A DNA stretch of 64,000 nucleotides, from contig CALMQS010000124.1 of assembly GCA_937871285.1 (NCBI GenBank), positions 2,233 to 66,232 of the forward strand, in the 5' to 3' direction. A program made the position numbers and the translations under genes. Shown one piece after another: positions 27,942-38,851 of the stretch (positions are counted from its first letter, which is position 1; each line of letters opens with the position of its first letter). The DNA is from an uncultured Sphingobacteriales bacterium. GTDB taxonomy: Bacteria; Bacteroidota; Bacteroidia; Chitinophagales; Chitinophagaceae. The notes below the pieces were generated by a model. It was not told where the DNA came from. It saw nothing but the letters and a program-made list of their open reading frames with translations, and ran no database searches.

Positions 27942-28381
27942 TGTTGGGGAAAAAGTAACCAAAAGCCGTCCGAAAACCCAGCCTGTCCGGTAAGCAGGGC
28001 TGGCAGGGAATACGGAGCGTTTTCGGAAAGGAGCTTTGATTACGATGTACATTTTACCGGTAACGAAGCAAAAAAGGGCAAAAAAAAGGGGCAGCATAAA
28101 AATGCACCCCGCTTTTAAAATCCAATATCCTATGAAAAACCTGATCAAATGTATCATGCTATTTTGAAAGTAAAGAGGGTTTGCCGTTCTTTTTAGTAAT
28201 CGGTATTATTCCCTGTGTAATTAGCCGAAAAAGGGCTATCCTTTTCTTCGCCCGGGGAGGGTAACCTGGAAAAGTGAATTACCATAAGATGACAATTTTG
28301 CCTGCTGCCAAAAAATCTGCTGCCTCAAAAAGGGATACCGGTGCAGAAAACAAAAGCGGTTACAGCCTTTTGCTCCATGAT

Positions 28382-29131
28382 TCAGAACCTTGAAAAAAGC
28401 TCCATGAACTCCTGCCTGCGGCTACGGGAAAGCGTTATATTATCATCATTATCCATAACAATATACCCGCCCTCGCCGCGAACAAATTTTTTTACATGAT
28501 TGATACCGATGAGAAAGGAGCTGTGCACCCGGTAAAAATCGGGGCCGCTTAATGTTTCATCGAGCTCCTTGAGCACCCTCGACACCATGATCTTCCTGCC
28601 GCCCGTGAGCACCACATTGGTATAATTGCTTTCCGCTTTGCAATAAATAATCTCCGCTGTAGGCACAAATATCAGTCCCTCGCCCGTTGTAAGTGCAATA
28701 CGGGAAGGCGTTGATTTTGGCGGGCGGTTAATATGCTGGAGCAGCAACGCAAACTGCTCCTTGCTGGGAACAGCTCTTTTTTCTTCTACCCGTTGCATGG
28801 TTGCTTTCAGGTCATCGGGATCAACAGGCTTTAATAAATAATTTAACGCGGCATATTTAAAAGCTTTTATAGCAAACTGATCGTAGGCGGTACAAAACAC
28901 GATCTCAAACGTTACGTTCTTAACCTGCTCCAGCATATCAAAACCATTCATCCTGGGCATCTCAATATCAAGGAACACTACATCGGGCTTATGCCTGCTA
29001 ATAGCTTCTATACCTTTTTCCGCGGTATTGCACATTGCCACAATATGGGCCTGCGGGCAATAGGTTTTCAGCAGCCACTCCATCATTTCGAGGGCGTTTG
29101 TTTCATCATCTACCAGCACACATTTTATCAT
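28382..29131 (-). CDS. LytTR-family response regulator
   Basis: VLVDDE, FLDIEMP, TAYDQFA, YLLKP receiver; FYRVHSSFLI LytTR domain. Confidence 0.96.
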   Translation of the reverse strand: MIKCVLVDDETNALEMMEWLLKTYCPQAHIVAMCNTAEKGIEAISRHKPDVVFLDIEMPRMNGFDMLEQVKNVTFEIVFCTAYDQFAIKAFKYAALNYLLKPVDPDDLKATMQRVEEKRAVPSKEQFALLLQHINRPPKSTPSRIALTTGEGLIFVPTAEIIYCKAESNYTNVVLTGGRKIMVSRVLKELDETLSGPDFYRVHSSFLIGINHVKKFVRGEGGYIVMDNDDNITLSRSRRQEFMELFSRF

Positions 29132-29142
29132 ATCAGCTATTT

Positions 29143-32100
29143 TTAAGTTTCATCCACAGGAATGTTTAGTGTAACTTTTGTCCCCAGCGCTTCCCCATAC
29201 GCATCCTTCATGTCTTCAATACCCACTGAAGCATTCAACCCTGCCTGCCGGCCCATTAATACCAGCCTGCTTTCGGTTAGCTGCATCCCCAACGATTTTC
29301 TTGAAGCCGCTGTTTTACTTTTTAATTCTTTAGCCTTCTGCCTGCCCACACCATTGTCTTCAATAATACATTGCAGTATATCATTCCCTTTCCGGCTGAT
29401 GTGAACAGATAAATACCCTTCCGTTGTTTTATGCAATAAGCCATGCCAGATGGCATTTTCTACATAAGGCTGTATAATTAACGGAGGAACATATACACTT
29501 TCGGGGTATACTTCCGCGGTAAAGCTGATATCACAGGTGAATTTTTTTTCAAACCGGATGCCTTCCATCTCAACGTACAGCTTTAATGCTTCCAGCTCAC
29601 TGGCCAATGTAATAGACTTGTTGTTGGAATTATCCAGTATCAGCCGTATCAGCCGGGCAAACCTGGTGAGGTATAAGGATGCTGTTGCCTGGTCGCTTTT
29701 TACAATGTAGCGGTTAATGGAATTAAGGCAGTTAAAGATGAAATGAGGATTCATCTGCGCTCTTAAGGCCTGCATTTCAGCCTCCGCCATTTTTTGCCGT
29801 GTATCCATAAGCACCGACTCGGCCCGCGTCTTTTCCCTGTCGGCTTTTGTTTTTATGATTTTATTGGCGCAAAGTGAAGCAATGGTGGTAAGCACCGATA
29901 AATGTTTTTGCGTAAAAAATCCTTTTTTAGTGTGCCCGCAATATATAATGCCCCATACTTTATCATCGGTAACTACAGGAACGGCAATCTCCGAAAGTAT
30001 GCGTTCTTCATTATCTTTATTTCGCGGGTCCCTGGTGGTATCATAAATGATCTCTGCTCTGCCCGAATGCGCCACCCGGCCGGCAATGCCGCTCTCTGCA
30101 GAAACCTCAGCAGGCTGGCTTGTAGCAGCTTGGCCTGTGGAAGCAGCTTTTTGTTTTAATACTTTTGCCTTCCTGTCTACAGTATATATTACACAGTTTT
30201 CAAAATGGAAGCGCTCAGTACAATGCCTGGCTACATCCGGCAGGATGGCTTCTATGTCATTGGCTTCGTAAATGCTGGAGGAAAAATAATTGATGGCCTG
30301 CGCGGTTTCCAGCTCCTCCTTATGCAAATTGATTTTACGCCTGTGATTTAAAATAACGCGCATTATTATGGCCGCTACCAGCAAAACACACAATGCAATA
30401 AACCACCATGTCATCCAAAAAGGATTAAGGATACGGAAAGCAAGGGTGTTATTTGCTTTTTTCCAGTCAACCTGGTTCAGGCTCGCTTCCATTTCCAAGA
30501 GATAACTGCCTGGCGCCAGCGATGAAAAGCGCACAATACTGCTACTGCCAATCTCTTTCCAGTCCGTATCCAGCCCGGTGAGCTTATACCGGTACCTTAC
30601 TTTCTCGGGGTTATTGAAGTATACGGCGGCAAACGTCACTCCCATTGACCTGTCTGAATAATTAACCGGCCCCAGGGTATCAAAAGCATACATGGAGTAA
30701 TCCATATTGCCGATCCTTGCTTTGCTGATATACGCTTCAAATGACTGGTAAGGAGCTGAAAACGTTTCGGGCTGCCAGTAATTGATACCATTCAGTCCTC
30801 CAAAATAAAGAATACCGTCCCTGTCCCTGAACCAGCTGTTGCTGTTGAAGCCATATCCCTGTATATTATCGGAACGGTCAAAAAGATTCAGTTTAGCCGT
30901 TTTGGGATCAAAGCGGTAAATACCATTTTCTGAACTCGCCCAAATAACTCCCTGGCTGTCACGGTAAACCGTATACAAACCCATGTTATCAAAAACAGTA
31001 GTTATTTTTTTACTCACTACTTTTCCATTTTCATAGTAAAGGGTATATAATCCCTTTGTAGATGAAAACAGCAAACCATTATCCTGCATTATAAACCCAC
31101 TATAGCCGTGGGTAATTACATTACTTTTAAAATCTTCAGGTACAGTTAACAGGTAGTTCATCTCCGCATCGAAGCAGTACACGCCCGTAACTGTTGCAAT
31201 CCATACTATCCCATCGCCTCCCTGCGCACAAAAACTGGCGGCTCCTTTTCCTATTGCCGGATGAATAAGCCGCCGGAGCCGGTAAGTTTTCCCATTTAAT
31301 ATATATACAGCACGATTCGCAACAATAACATGGTTGCCGTTGTGTAAGGTGATAATATCATTTACAAAATCTCTTTCGCTTATTCTTTTCGTTTCATCCG
31401 AATCATAATCCGGCCGTCTGTATTGCCGGGTTTTAATATCAAATAACCACAACCCCTTATTGGTAGGGCCAAGTATGAGGTACCTGCCGTCATATACCAT
31501 TCCCCGTATTGATTCATGACTTAACCTGCTGCTGTCGTCTTTGGCGGGGGGGAACAAAATCCATTCGTTTTTGCTTTTCTTCCAGCAGGCAAAGCCATAA
31601 CCTGTAGCAATCCACAAATCTCCCTTTTCATCCTGTATGATCTTACGCACATCATTGATATTGGCAGATATCTCATCGCTCATCTGGCTTATTTTAATAA
31701 GTGCCATGGGCTGGTTCCTGAAAGCGAACCGTGCAATACCATCTGTTGTAGCTATCCAGGCATAGCCTTCCGCTTCATCATAAAAAATAAAGCTGGCATA
31801 TTCATTAGTCGCTACCTTTCTCCCATTCAGAAAAAAATGCTGCTTCAGAAATTGTTTTTTCGCCACGTCATATTCAAAAATGCCTTCGGAAGAAGCCATC
31901 AGGAAACGGGAAGGAGAAATGGCCGTCATGTTTCTAAAACTAAACGGCCCGGTAAGGTCATTACCAAGCGAGGCGGCAGTAACCGTTTTTGTTGAAAACC
32001 GGTACCATTGCGGTGAAGCATAACGCATACTAATAAGCGCACTGTCTTCGCTTACCGGAAAAATACCATAAATCTGTCCCCCGGCTATGCTGTCTGTGCG

Positions 32101-32685
32101 GCGGGTTTTTATATTATAGCGGTAAATAAAATTGTTATTGTGCACGAATAATACATCGCGGTATAACACACAAATATCCGTAAGCAGTCCGGTTGCCATT
32201 GGTAAGAACGGCTCCAGCTTCTTAAATTCCTGTTTTACCGTGCTGAACTCAAAAAAGCCCTTGTTGGTGAGCATCCATATTTTTCCGTCCGGCAGTTCAA
32301 TAACGGGTCCAACTTTTAGTCCCTCCTTATCGGCTTCAACAGCCACAGCGCCAAATGTTCCTGTTTTTTCGGAAAAAAGAAAAACCTCTTTTTCAGCGCA
32401 CACCCATATGCGGCCTTCCTTATCACAAAGCAGGCTGTTTACCCTGGGAGAAGGCCGGAAATTTTGCACTTCCTTTCCGTCAAAACTTTGCACCTGCGAC
32501 CTGTATAAAATCCAGAGCATCCCTTTTTGATCCTTGTCCATTGCGGTTATAGCATCGGGACGGATACCGCTTGGGTAATCAAATAACTGGAGGTGATACT
32601 CCGGGAACTGCGCCCTTGCCGGAACCAGCAGCAATAAACAAACCACCACCGCACATATGCTTCGGATATTATTAACCATTACCAA
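29143..32685 (-). CDS. LytS-type sensor histidine kinase (beta-propeller/Y_Y_Y, TM, GAF, His_kinase)
   Basis: Propeller repeats (IWASSENGIYRFD, LYFGGLNGI), YRYKLTG, TM segment, GAF (SEIAVPV), ALRAQMNPHFIFNCLNSI, ENAIWHG. Confidence 0.93.
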   Translation of the reverse strand: MVMVNNIRSICAVVVCLLLLVPARAQFPEYHLQLFDYPSGIRPDAITAMDKDQKGMLWILYRSQVQSFDGKEVQNFRPSPRVNSLLCDKEGRIWVCAEKEVFLFSEKTGTFGAVAVEADKEGLKVGPVIELPDGKIWMLTNKGFFEFSTVKQEFKKLEPFLPMATGLLTDICVLYRDVLFVHNNNFIYRYNIKTRRTDSIAGGQIYGIFPVSEDSALISMRYASPQWYRFSTKTVTAASLGNDLTGPFSFRNMTAISPSRFLMASSEGIFEYDVAKKQFLKQHFFLNGRKVATNEYASFIFYDEAEGYAWIATTDGIARFAFRNQPMALIKISQMSDEISANINDVRKIIQDEKGDLWIATGYGFACWKKSKNEWILFPPAKDDSSRLSHESIRGMVYDGRYLILGPTNKGLWLFDIKTRQYRRPDYDSDETKRISERDFVNDIITLHNGNHVIVANRAVYILNGKTYRLRRLIHPAIGKGAASFCAQGGDGIVWIATVTGVYCFDAEMNYLLTVPEDFKSNVITHGYSGFIMQDNGLLFSSTKGLYTLYYENGKVVSKKITTVFDNMGLYTVYRDSQGVIWASSENGIYRFDPKTAKLNLFDRSDNIQGYGFNSNSWFRDRDGILYFGGLNGINYWQPETFSAPYQSFEAYISKARIGNMDYSMYAFDTLGPVNYSDRSMGVTFAAVYFNNPEKVRYRYKLTGLDTDWKEIGSSSIVRFSSLAPGSYLLEMEASLNQVDWKKANNTLAFRILNPFWMTWWFIALCVLLVAAIIMRVILNHRRKINLHKEELETAQAINYFSSSIYEANDIEAILPDVARHCTERFHFENCVIYTVDRKAKVLKQKAASTGQAATSQPAEVSAESGIAGRVAHSGRAEIIYDTTRDPRNKDNEERILSEIAVPVVTDDKVWGIIYCGHTKKGFFTQKHLSVLTTIASLCANKIIKTKADREKTRAESVLMDTRQKMAEAEMQALRAQMNPHFIFNCLNSINRYIVKSDQATASLYLTRFARLIRLILDNSNNKSITLASELEALKLYVEMEGIRFEKKFTCDISFTAEVYPESVYVPPLIIQPYVENAIWHGLLHKTTEGYLSVHISRKGNDILQCIIEDNGVGRQKAKELKSKTAASRKSLGMQLTESRLVLMGRQAGLNASVGIEDMKDAYGEALGTKVTLNIPVDET

Positions 32686-33008
32686 TTTACTCCCCTGTTA
32701 GTTTTAATGAATGAACCGTACCGGTTCAACGGCTGAAAAATAGGCGATTGGCTTGTAACCTGCAATATTTTTTAGTATTTGCCCGAAATTTTGAGTAATG
32801 TGCAGGTTTACAGGTTCGCAGCACAAATGTATGGCAATGATTTTTTCGTTTCCGCTGGTTTGCCTCCCTTTACAAGGGTCATTCTAATTATAGCGTTTCC
32901 CTTCGAATCTAGGATTTTTATGCTTCGGATTTATAATTTATTTGGTTCCTGATGCTTCGTATGCCTCCGGATTTTAAATTGCCGGCTTCATTCATCATCA
33001 CCTGTTTA

Positions 33009-35840
33009 CTATTGATCCTGTGGCAATGGCTTTTCAGCAGCCGGAACAACAGGCGGGGCGGCATCGCGGATGTCTTCGTCATCAGCATCATCATCATGCA
33101 GGTCGTCCGATTGTTTCGATCTTCTCAATTTTACAACAGGAGCTTCCTGTGTGCCGGTAATGCTCATCGGTATACCAATCAAACCAAACGGCGGTAATCC
33201 CAGCCGGGCGCTCAGGTTCAGCCGCCCGTCAAAACTTACCTGGCCTTCAAAGCGCGGTCTGAAACCTTTTACCTTAAGCTTAACTCTTTCAATAGTGATG
33301 ATATTATCTGCAATAGTTGATTTAATATTTACATCCGACAGGTCGGGATCGCCTAATTTTTCCGTATTGGTTTTGTCGCTGATGGCGGAAAACAATTTCA
33401 GTCCCTTTACCTTCACTTTCTTAAGCAACAGCACACCGCCGCCTTTCAGGCTGGAAAAGTTGGGATACATATTGGCATCAAGCAATCCGCCCAACCGGTA
33501 GTTGAGCGATACAATGCCTTCCACATATTGTGCCGAGGGCGCCATTTCCCGGAAAAGCTTTACCTCCTGCCAGGCCCTTTGAATATCAAAACCGGAAGCG
33601 CTTACCTGGTAATCGAATGCTGCGCTGTGCTCATTTAAGCTCGCGTAAGCGGCTTTCATCTGTACGGTTGTTCCTATTACAGAAAAGCCGGCATCACTGA
33701 GCTCCAGTTGTCCCTGCCGCATACTGGCATCAGCCTTAAAATGAAGCACATCCAATCCAGGGTAAGAAATGCTGTCGGCCACAACACCCAGTTGAAAGTC
33801 AATATCACGCGGGAGCACTACCACGCTGGTAGTTGCCGGAGCCACCTGAACCTCGCTGCTGTCCTGTGTTTTGGAGGGCATTAAAGCCGTCCATTCCTCT
33901 ACCCGTAAATGCTTCGTGTATACGTTCAGTTTACCCTCCAGCATGGCGCTGTCTTTCAAAAGATAATTAATGATATTGGCGAACCGCCCGTTTACTGCGG
34001 CATGGGTGCTGCCATAGTTCAGGTTAATGCTGTCAGCCACCAGCTTATCCTTTTCAAAATGAAAAGCGCCGGAACCTATATGAAACGGTTGGGGAAATGC
34101 ATCCGAACGGAACTGAATATTGTGCAATGTAAAATGGCCCCTGTTGTCTAATTTTTCATAGCGGCCGGCCACAGCATCCGATTGTTTTCCTTTAAGCGCT
34201 ATATCCGTTTCTATCATTCCATTCACATCATATCCTTCAACCGCAAAAAGACGGTAGATCTTTCCTATATTCAACATGCCTTTTGATTGCATCTCGTATG
34301 AAAGATCATCAAAGTTGGAGAGCTTACAGGCAATGGTAAAAGGCTGTTCTTCAAAATGAAGGGAAACAGGATCAACACGGAGCTCAAGCGCATCCATCCT
34401 GCCGGTGGCATTGATAACGGCAGCGGCTACCTGCAGTTGGGTAAGGGGGTTGGGATAATAGCCTGTTTTGAGATAACCGTCTTTTAAACGGAAAGCAACA
34501 TCACAAATGGGAAACTCCCCGTTGCGGGGGTGATAGGTTCCGCTAAAGCGGGCATGCATGTTCAGTATGCCCCTTAAATCGAAACTGGAATCGAACGCTA
34601 ATGTTTTGTTCCATTTTTCCAGGTCGGCGCTGGCGTTTATTTTCCCTTCCAGCAACGGACGGCTGAACCCTTTTGTTGCTATAACGGCCGTAACCTCATC
34701 CTTTCCCCTGCCGGCGTGCAGCGAATCCAGCTTAATGGTCATTTTTTCCATATCTAAATTGGGCAGGTCAATGTTGAGTGCCAGGAAAATATTCTTCACC
34801 GGTTCCCTGCTGTCTTTGGCTCCTATGAGCCCATCGGTTACTTTCATTTTCATCGAAAAATCGGGCGCTTTATTTTGAGCTGCTATATAATCGCCCTGTA
34901 AAGCCAGCTCCAGCGCCACTTCTCCCTTTACCCTTGTTTTATCCAGCCAGGAAACCACAGCCGGCGGGAAAGCGGAAAAGAGATTTTCAAAAGCGGTAGG
35001 ACGCGTATTCAGCAAAAAATTCATACTATAGCCATCTTTCAAAAAATCGAACCTGCCGGTAAAGTTCATTGGCAGTTGGTTGATCTTCATCCTGTTCTTC
35101 GCAAAAACCAGGCTGAGCGAATGGGTGTTGATAAGGGTTCTGATACGGCCGGCCAGCTTCTGATCCCTCAGGTAATACCGGTGATCGTACCGGATATGAA
35201 GGCCCTCCATTTTTATTTTGGAAGACAGCTCAAAAACAGCGCTGGCCAAGTCGCCCTTTCCCACATAATCGAACCGGCTGGCGCTGATCTGAAAAGGAAT
35301 AGAGCGGTCGTGATAAACCAGCTCGCAGGCTTCAATCTGGATACGTTCTAATTTTAATGAGGCTGTGCTGCTGTCTGTGGCAGTACTGTCCTTTTCCTTT
35401 TTTTCAGGCACATACACATTGTAGTTGGGCATGCCCTGCTCATTTACCTGCACATTGATCTTACCACTGGTAAGATAAATTTCATCAATACGCAAATCGC
35501 CGCTTAATACGCTCAATACGTTTACGCCCAGCGCCACTTCCTTAGCAGCCAGCAGGGTATCCTGCCGGTAAGGCGCCGAGCCTTTCAGGCTTACATCATA
35601 AAGCGTGAGGGTAAGCGAAGGAAAATGATTGAAGAAAGACAACCGCACACCCGAAAAGTTCAATTCCGTTTCAATGGACCGGTTCGCCCATTGTTTTATT
35701 TTTTGAGTTACAAAATCAGGGAACAATAAGGGCAAAAGAAACATGAGCAACAACAAAACAGCGATACCAATTCCTGTATACTTTAATGAACGTAACAGCC
35801 ATTGGGGAAGCTTCAACAACAGATTGAACTTATTTTGCAT
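33009..35840 (-). CDS. AsmA-family protein
   Basis: N-terminal TM anchor, long beta-taenia-like repeats, RLGLPPFGLIGIPMSITGT C-terminus. Confidence 0.85.
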   Translation of the reverse strand: MQNKFNLLLKLPQWLLRSLKYTGIGIAVLLLLMFLLPLLFPDFVTQKIKQWANRSIETELNFSGVRLSFFNHFPSLTLTLYDVSLKGSAPYRQDTLLAAKEVALGVNVLSVLSGDLRIDEIYLTSGKINVQVNEQGMPNYNVYVPEKKEKDSTATDSSTASLKLERIQIEACELVYHDRSIPFQISASRFDYVGKGDLASAVFELSSKIKMEGLHIRYDHRYYLRDQKLAGRIRTLINTHSLSLVFAKNRMKINQLPMNFTGRFDFLKDGYSMNFLLNTRPTAFENLFSAFPPAVVSWLDKTRVKGEVALELALQGDYIAAQNKAPDFSMKMKVTDGLIGAKDSREPVKNIFLALNIDLPNLDMEKMTIKLDSLHAGRGKDEVTAVIATKGFSRPLLEGKINASADLEKWNKTLAFDSSFDLRGILNMHARFSGTYHPRNGEFPICDVAFRLKDGYLKTGYYPNPLTQLQVAAAVINATGRMDALELRVDPVSLHFEEQPFTIACKLSNFDDLSYEMQSKGMLNIGKIYRLFAVEGYDVNGMIETDIALKGKQSDAVAGRYEKLDNRGHFTLHNIQFRSDAFPQPFHIGSGAFHFEKDKLVADSINLNYGSTHAAVNGRFANIINYLLKDSAMLEGKLNVYTKHLRVEEWTALMPSKTQDSSEVQVAPATTSVVVLPRDIDFQLGVVADSISYPGLDVLHFKADASMRQGQLELSDAGFSVIGTTVQMKAAYASLNEHSAAFDYQVSASGFDIQRAWQEVKLFREMAPSAQYVEGIVSLNYRLGGLLDANMYPNFSSLKGGGVLLLKKVKVKGLKLFSAISDKTNTEKLGDPDLSDVNIKSTIADNIITIERVKLKVKGFRPRFEGQVSFDGRLNLSARLGLPPFGLIGIPMSITGTQEAPVVKLRRSKQSDDLHDDDADDEDIRDAAPPVVPAAEKPLPQDQ

Positions 35841-35930
35841 AGTAATGATTACACCTGCAAAAATAGGCATTGTTCATTGGTTCAGCGTAGGTGGGTTCCG
35901 GAAGATGGGTTAATGCTTAAAAGATCACGC

Positions 35931-36120
35931 TTACCTGTTTAAAGGATAAACAAAATGAACAACTTTTTCATGAATTCCTCCTGTTGAATGATAAAAATAG
36001 AGCGCATAACCATCGGCTTCATCAGCCTGCACAAAAACTTCCGCTATACCCGTTTCTTTGCAATAGCTGGTAATTCCTGATAAAGGTATACTGTCTTTAT
36101 CAGACACTTTTTCTATAAGC
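35931..36120 (-). pseudogene. C-terminal fragment of an AAC(3)-I-like GNAT acetyltransferase
   Basis: YCKETGIAEVFVQADEAD..AL.FYHSTGG..EKVVHF; N-terminal two thirds missing. Confidence 0.6.
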
Positions 36121-36630
36121 ATGTTGCTGATTGTTCTTAATATTAACAGGTTCGGGATCCTTCGCTTTGATGGATGAAAAGTATATCCATCCAATAAAAA
36201 AAAGCTGCAGCGGTACCCTGTACCATAAATAATGCAAGCCATCCCCGTTAAACGTTGCCGTTTCCATATCTACGTGATGTATAGCGGCATAGATATTTAC
36301 AGGGAGTATAAAAATAAAAAAGATGATCAACAGCCACCCGGTCAGTACCCTGAATTTTGGTAATAGCAGTCCTATGGCGGCCGCTATTTCCACAAATCCT
36401 GTAAAGTACACCAGTTCTGTTTTGAAAGGGATAAAGCCTGGCATCATCATCGCCATGCCTTTTGTGAACATAAAATGACCGGTGGCTGTAAGCACCAGCA
36501 TTGCCGATATACCGACCCTGGCCGACAAAGCAAATCTGTATTCCTGCCGGATGAGCTTAGAAGAAAAAAACAGCCAGTCTTTGTCTGTAAGAGCAGTTAT
36601 ACTTTCAAAATATTTTCTGATCTGTTCCAT
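36100..36630 (-). pseudogene. Chimeric ORF: Crp/Fnr N-terminal ~30 aa fused in frame to a DoxX-like membrane protein
   Basis: MEQIRKYFESITALTDKDWLFFSSKL (Crp-like start) followed by GHFMFTKGM...TGFVEIAAAIGLL...PVNIYAA...LWYRVPLQ (DoxX-like). Confidence 0.65.
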
Positions 36631-36715
36631 TTGCTATGCTTTGTATTTTAAGTACTAAAATTATTGTTTATGAAACGGGGATGCTGCATTCGGTATACAA
36701 AATATTGAGAAAACC

Positions 36716-36920
36716 TTTCGGGAGTCTGGTCAGGGATGAACACAGATGCCTGGTTTGTATGGACGCTTCCTTCGTTAAGATGACAGTAGTAACAGGACTG
36801 AGCATTTATAATAAAGTCGAACAAACAACCCACTGCTTGTCACTCTGACGAAGCTTTCTTGCCGGCAGACAGGGAAGGGTCTGGCTTCGCTTTAATCGTT
36901 GCAGACGCTTCCTTCGCCGC
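36716..36920. repeat. Degenerate REP-like palindrome remnants
   Basis: GACGCTTCCTTCG occurs twice (~36763, ~36905), with TGTCACTCTGACGAAG and TAAGATGACA arms. Confidence 0.45.
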
Positions 36921-37006
36921 CGCAACAAACAATAGTAACAATTCTTATGTAATTTAGTGCCCGGCAAACAAATACAGCAACTGCCGGATACGCAAAAACA
37001 CAGCCC

Positions 37007-38215
37007 ATGCGAACAAGATCAACGTTGAATCATTTTCTTTTTATTACGATTATAATCATCTGCATAGTCTCTTGCCGGCAGGGAAAAAATAAAACGGAAA
37101 CCACACCAGTTGCCGCTATCATACCCGACATCAGCGCCATGAAGATCAGCGGCGCCATTTCCTGTACAAAAGGACTAACGCCCGGCGACAGCACCATCTT
37201 CATGAATGGCGGGGGCGCGGCTTTTATAACAACAGCGGAAAATGAAATACCGGCTGATCATGAGAAAATCAATGGCATGGTATATATCCCCGGCGGAACA
37301 TTCAGCATGGGCGGCGTAAACCCCGTGGGCATCACCGAAGGCGGACACGAAGCCATGGACGACGCCCGGCCCATACACCAGGTATACGTTGATCCGTTTT
37401 ACATGGATGAAACAGAAGTAACCAACAAGCAATTCGCCGCTTTTGTAAAAGCCACCGGTTATATTACAGTGGCAGAACAAAAACCCTCAAAGGAAGAATT
37501 CCCTGGCGTGCCTGAAGAAGCGCTTGTTGCAGGCGCGGTGGTATTCACGCCCCCCGCGCATGAGGTGGCATTGAACAATCACCTGCAATGGTGGGAATAT
37601 GTACATGGTGCTAACTGGCGCCACCCATCAGGAGCTAATAGTAATATTACCGGTAAAGAAAATTATCCTGTAGTGCAGATCGCCTATGAAGATGCGGCCG
37701 CTTATGCAAAATGGGCGGGAAAGCGCTTACCCACGGAAGCCGAATGGGAATTTGCCGCAAGAGCCGGCAAAACAGGCAACCTCTATACCTGGGGCAATGA
37801 AATGAAAAGCGCCGGTAAATGGCAGGCCAATACTTTCCAGGGACAGTTCCCTAACGCCGACATCGCCGGCGATGGCTTCGCGGGCATAGCGCCGGTTAAG
37901 CAATTCGCGCCCAACGGGTATGGCTTATACGATGTAGCCGGTAATGTATGGGAGTGGTGCAGCGACTGGTACCGGGCCGATTATTATGCCACGCTTACCA
38001 AAGCAGGTGTTGTTAAAAATCCAAAAGGACCCGATTCATCTTTCGATCCTGCAGAGCCCGGCCAGCAGAAAAAAGTACAGCGCGGCGGTTCGTATTTATG
38101 CACCGACCAGTATTGCACCCGCTACATGGTAGGCACCCGCGGCAAGGGCGAATGGCGCTCCGCCACCAACCATATCGGGTTCCGGTGCGTGAAGGATGCG
38201 GAGGTAAAGCAATAA
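37007..38215 (+). CDS. Formylglycine-generating enzyme (SUMF1/FGE-sulfatase family)
   Basis: FYMDETEVTNKQF, KRLPTEAEWEFAAR, NGYGLYDVAGNVWEW, RGGSYLCTDQYCTRY, HIGFRC; lipobox IVSC. Confidence 0.93.
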   Translation: MRTRSTLNHFLFITIIIICIVSCRQGKNKTETTPVAAIIPDISAMKISGAISCTKGLTPGDSTIFMNGGGAAFITTAENEIPADHEKINGMVYIPGGTFSMGGVNPVGITEGGHEAMDDARPIHQVYVDPFYMDETEVTNKQFAAFVKATGYITVAEQKPSKEEFPGVPEEALVAGAVVFTPPAHEVALNNHLQWWEYVHGANWRHPSGANSNITGKENYPVVQIAYEDAAAYAKWAGKRLPTEAEWEFAARAGKTGNLYTWGNEMKSAGKWQANTFQGQFPNADIAGDGFAGIAPVKQFAPNGYGLYDVAGNVWEWCSDWYRADYYATLTKAGVVKNPKGPDSSFDPAEPGQQKKVQRGGSYLCTDQYCTRYMVGTRGKGEWRSATNHIGFRCVKDAEVKQ

Positions 38216-38330
38216 CCTCACCCTCTTTCCCTCTCCACACCGTAGAGAGGGACGGTGCTTCATAACAATGCCAGAGCAAAAGATTCTTCCACTTGAACTA
38301 CACCAAACCGCTTTGCAGCAAACATTAGCC

Positions 38331-38669
38331 TTATTTCAAAAGCCGACAGACCGTGATAATGATGATAACAACCAAAATTGATGTATAAATTAGCTTCGTA
38401 TATCTCGCGAGCCAATTGGGAAGAAAAATATCAAAATTGTCCTTAGAAGAATCAGTGTACTTCCGGGCTAATACAGTTAATGGACAGAAAAATTTAAACA
38501 TCAGCAATATAAGCCCTTCGAGAACAAATAGCCCATAACCAATCCACAGCCATTTGTCGAGTCTGTTTGTAATAACCGCATACAGCATGTAGAATATTAC
38601 GAAATTGAAAAATATCCATACGGCAGTATGAATGACTTTAATAATATTCAATTTCGTTTCTTTATTCAT
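38331..38669 (-). CDS. Small membrane protein (DUF2784-like)
   Basis: IKVIHTAVW...CPLTVLARKYTDSSKDNFDIFLPNWLA. Confidence 0.75.
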   Translation of the reverse strand: MNKETKLNIIKVIHTAVWIFFNFVIFYMLYAVITNRLDKWLWIGYGLFVLEGLILLMFKFFCPLTVLARKYTDSSKDNFDIFLPNWLARYTKLIYTSILVVIIIITVCRLLK

Positions 38670-38851
38670 ATCAGCATGTAATCCGGGCTGCCAATTTACA
38701 TTTAGCCGCGCCGGGGTCTTCATAAAAGGCCATACGGGCAGCCATGAGACCCTGCGCTAAAAAACCTTTCATAAGATCATTTTTTAGCCTGAGAAAACTT
38801 GTCTCCAGGGTTGGCTCAAAGCTTGAACCCATTATGAGCCAATTGAGCCAA

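Noticed and set aside
28300-28335. LytTR direct-repeat binding site (GGCAGCAG x2 on the minus strand)
   Set aside because: The period is about 15 bp rather than the ~21-22 bp typical of LytTR sites.
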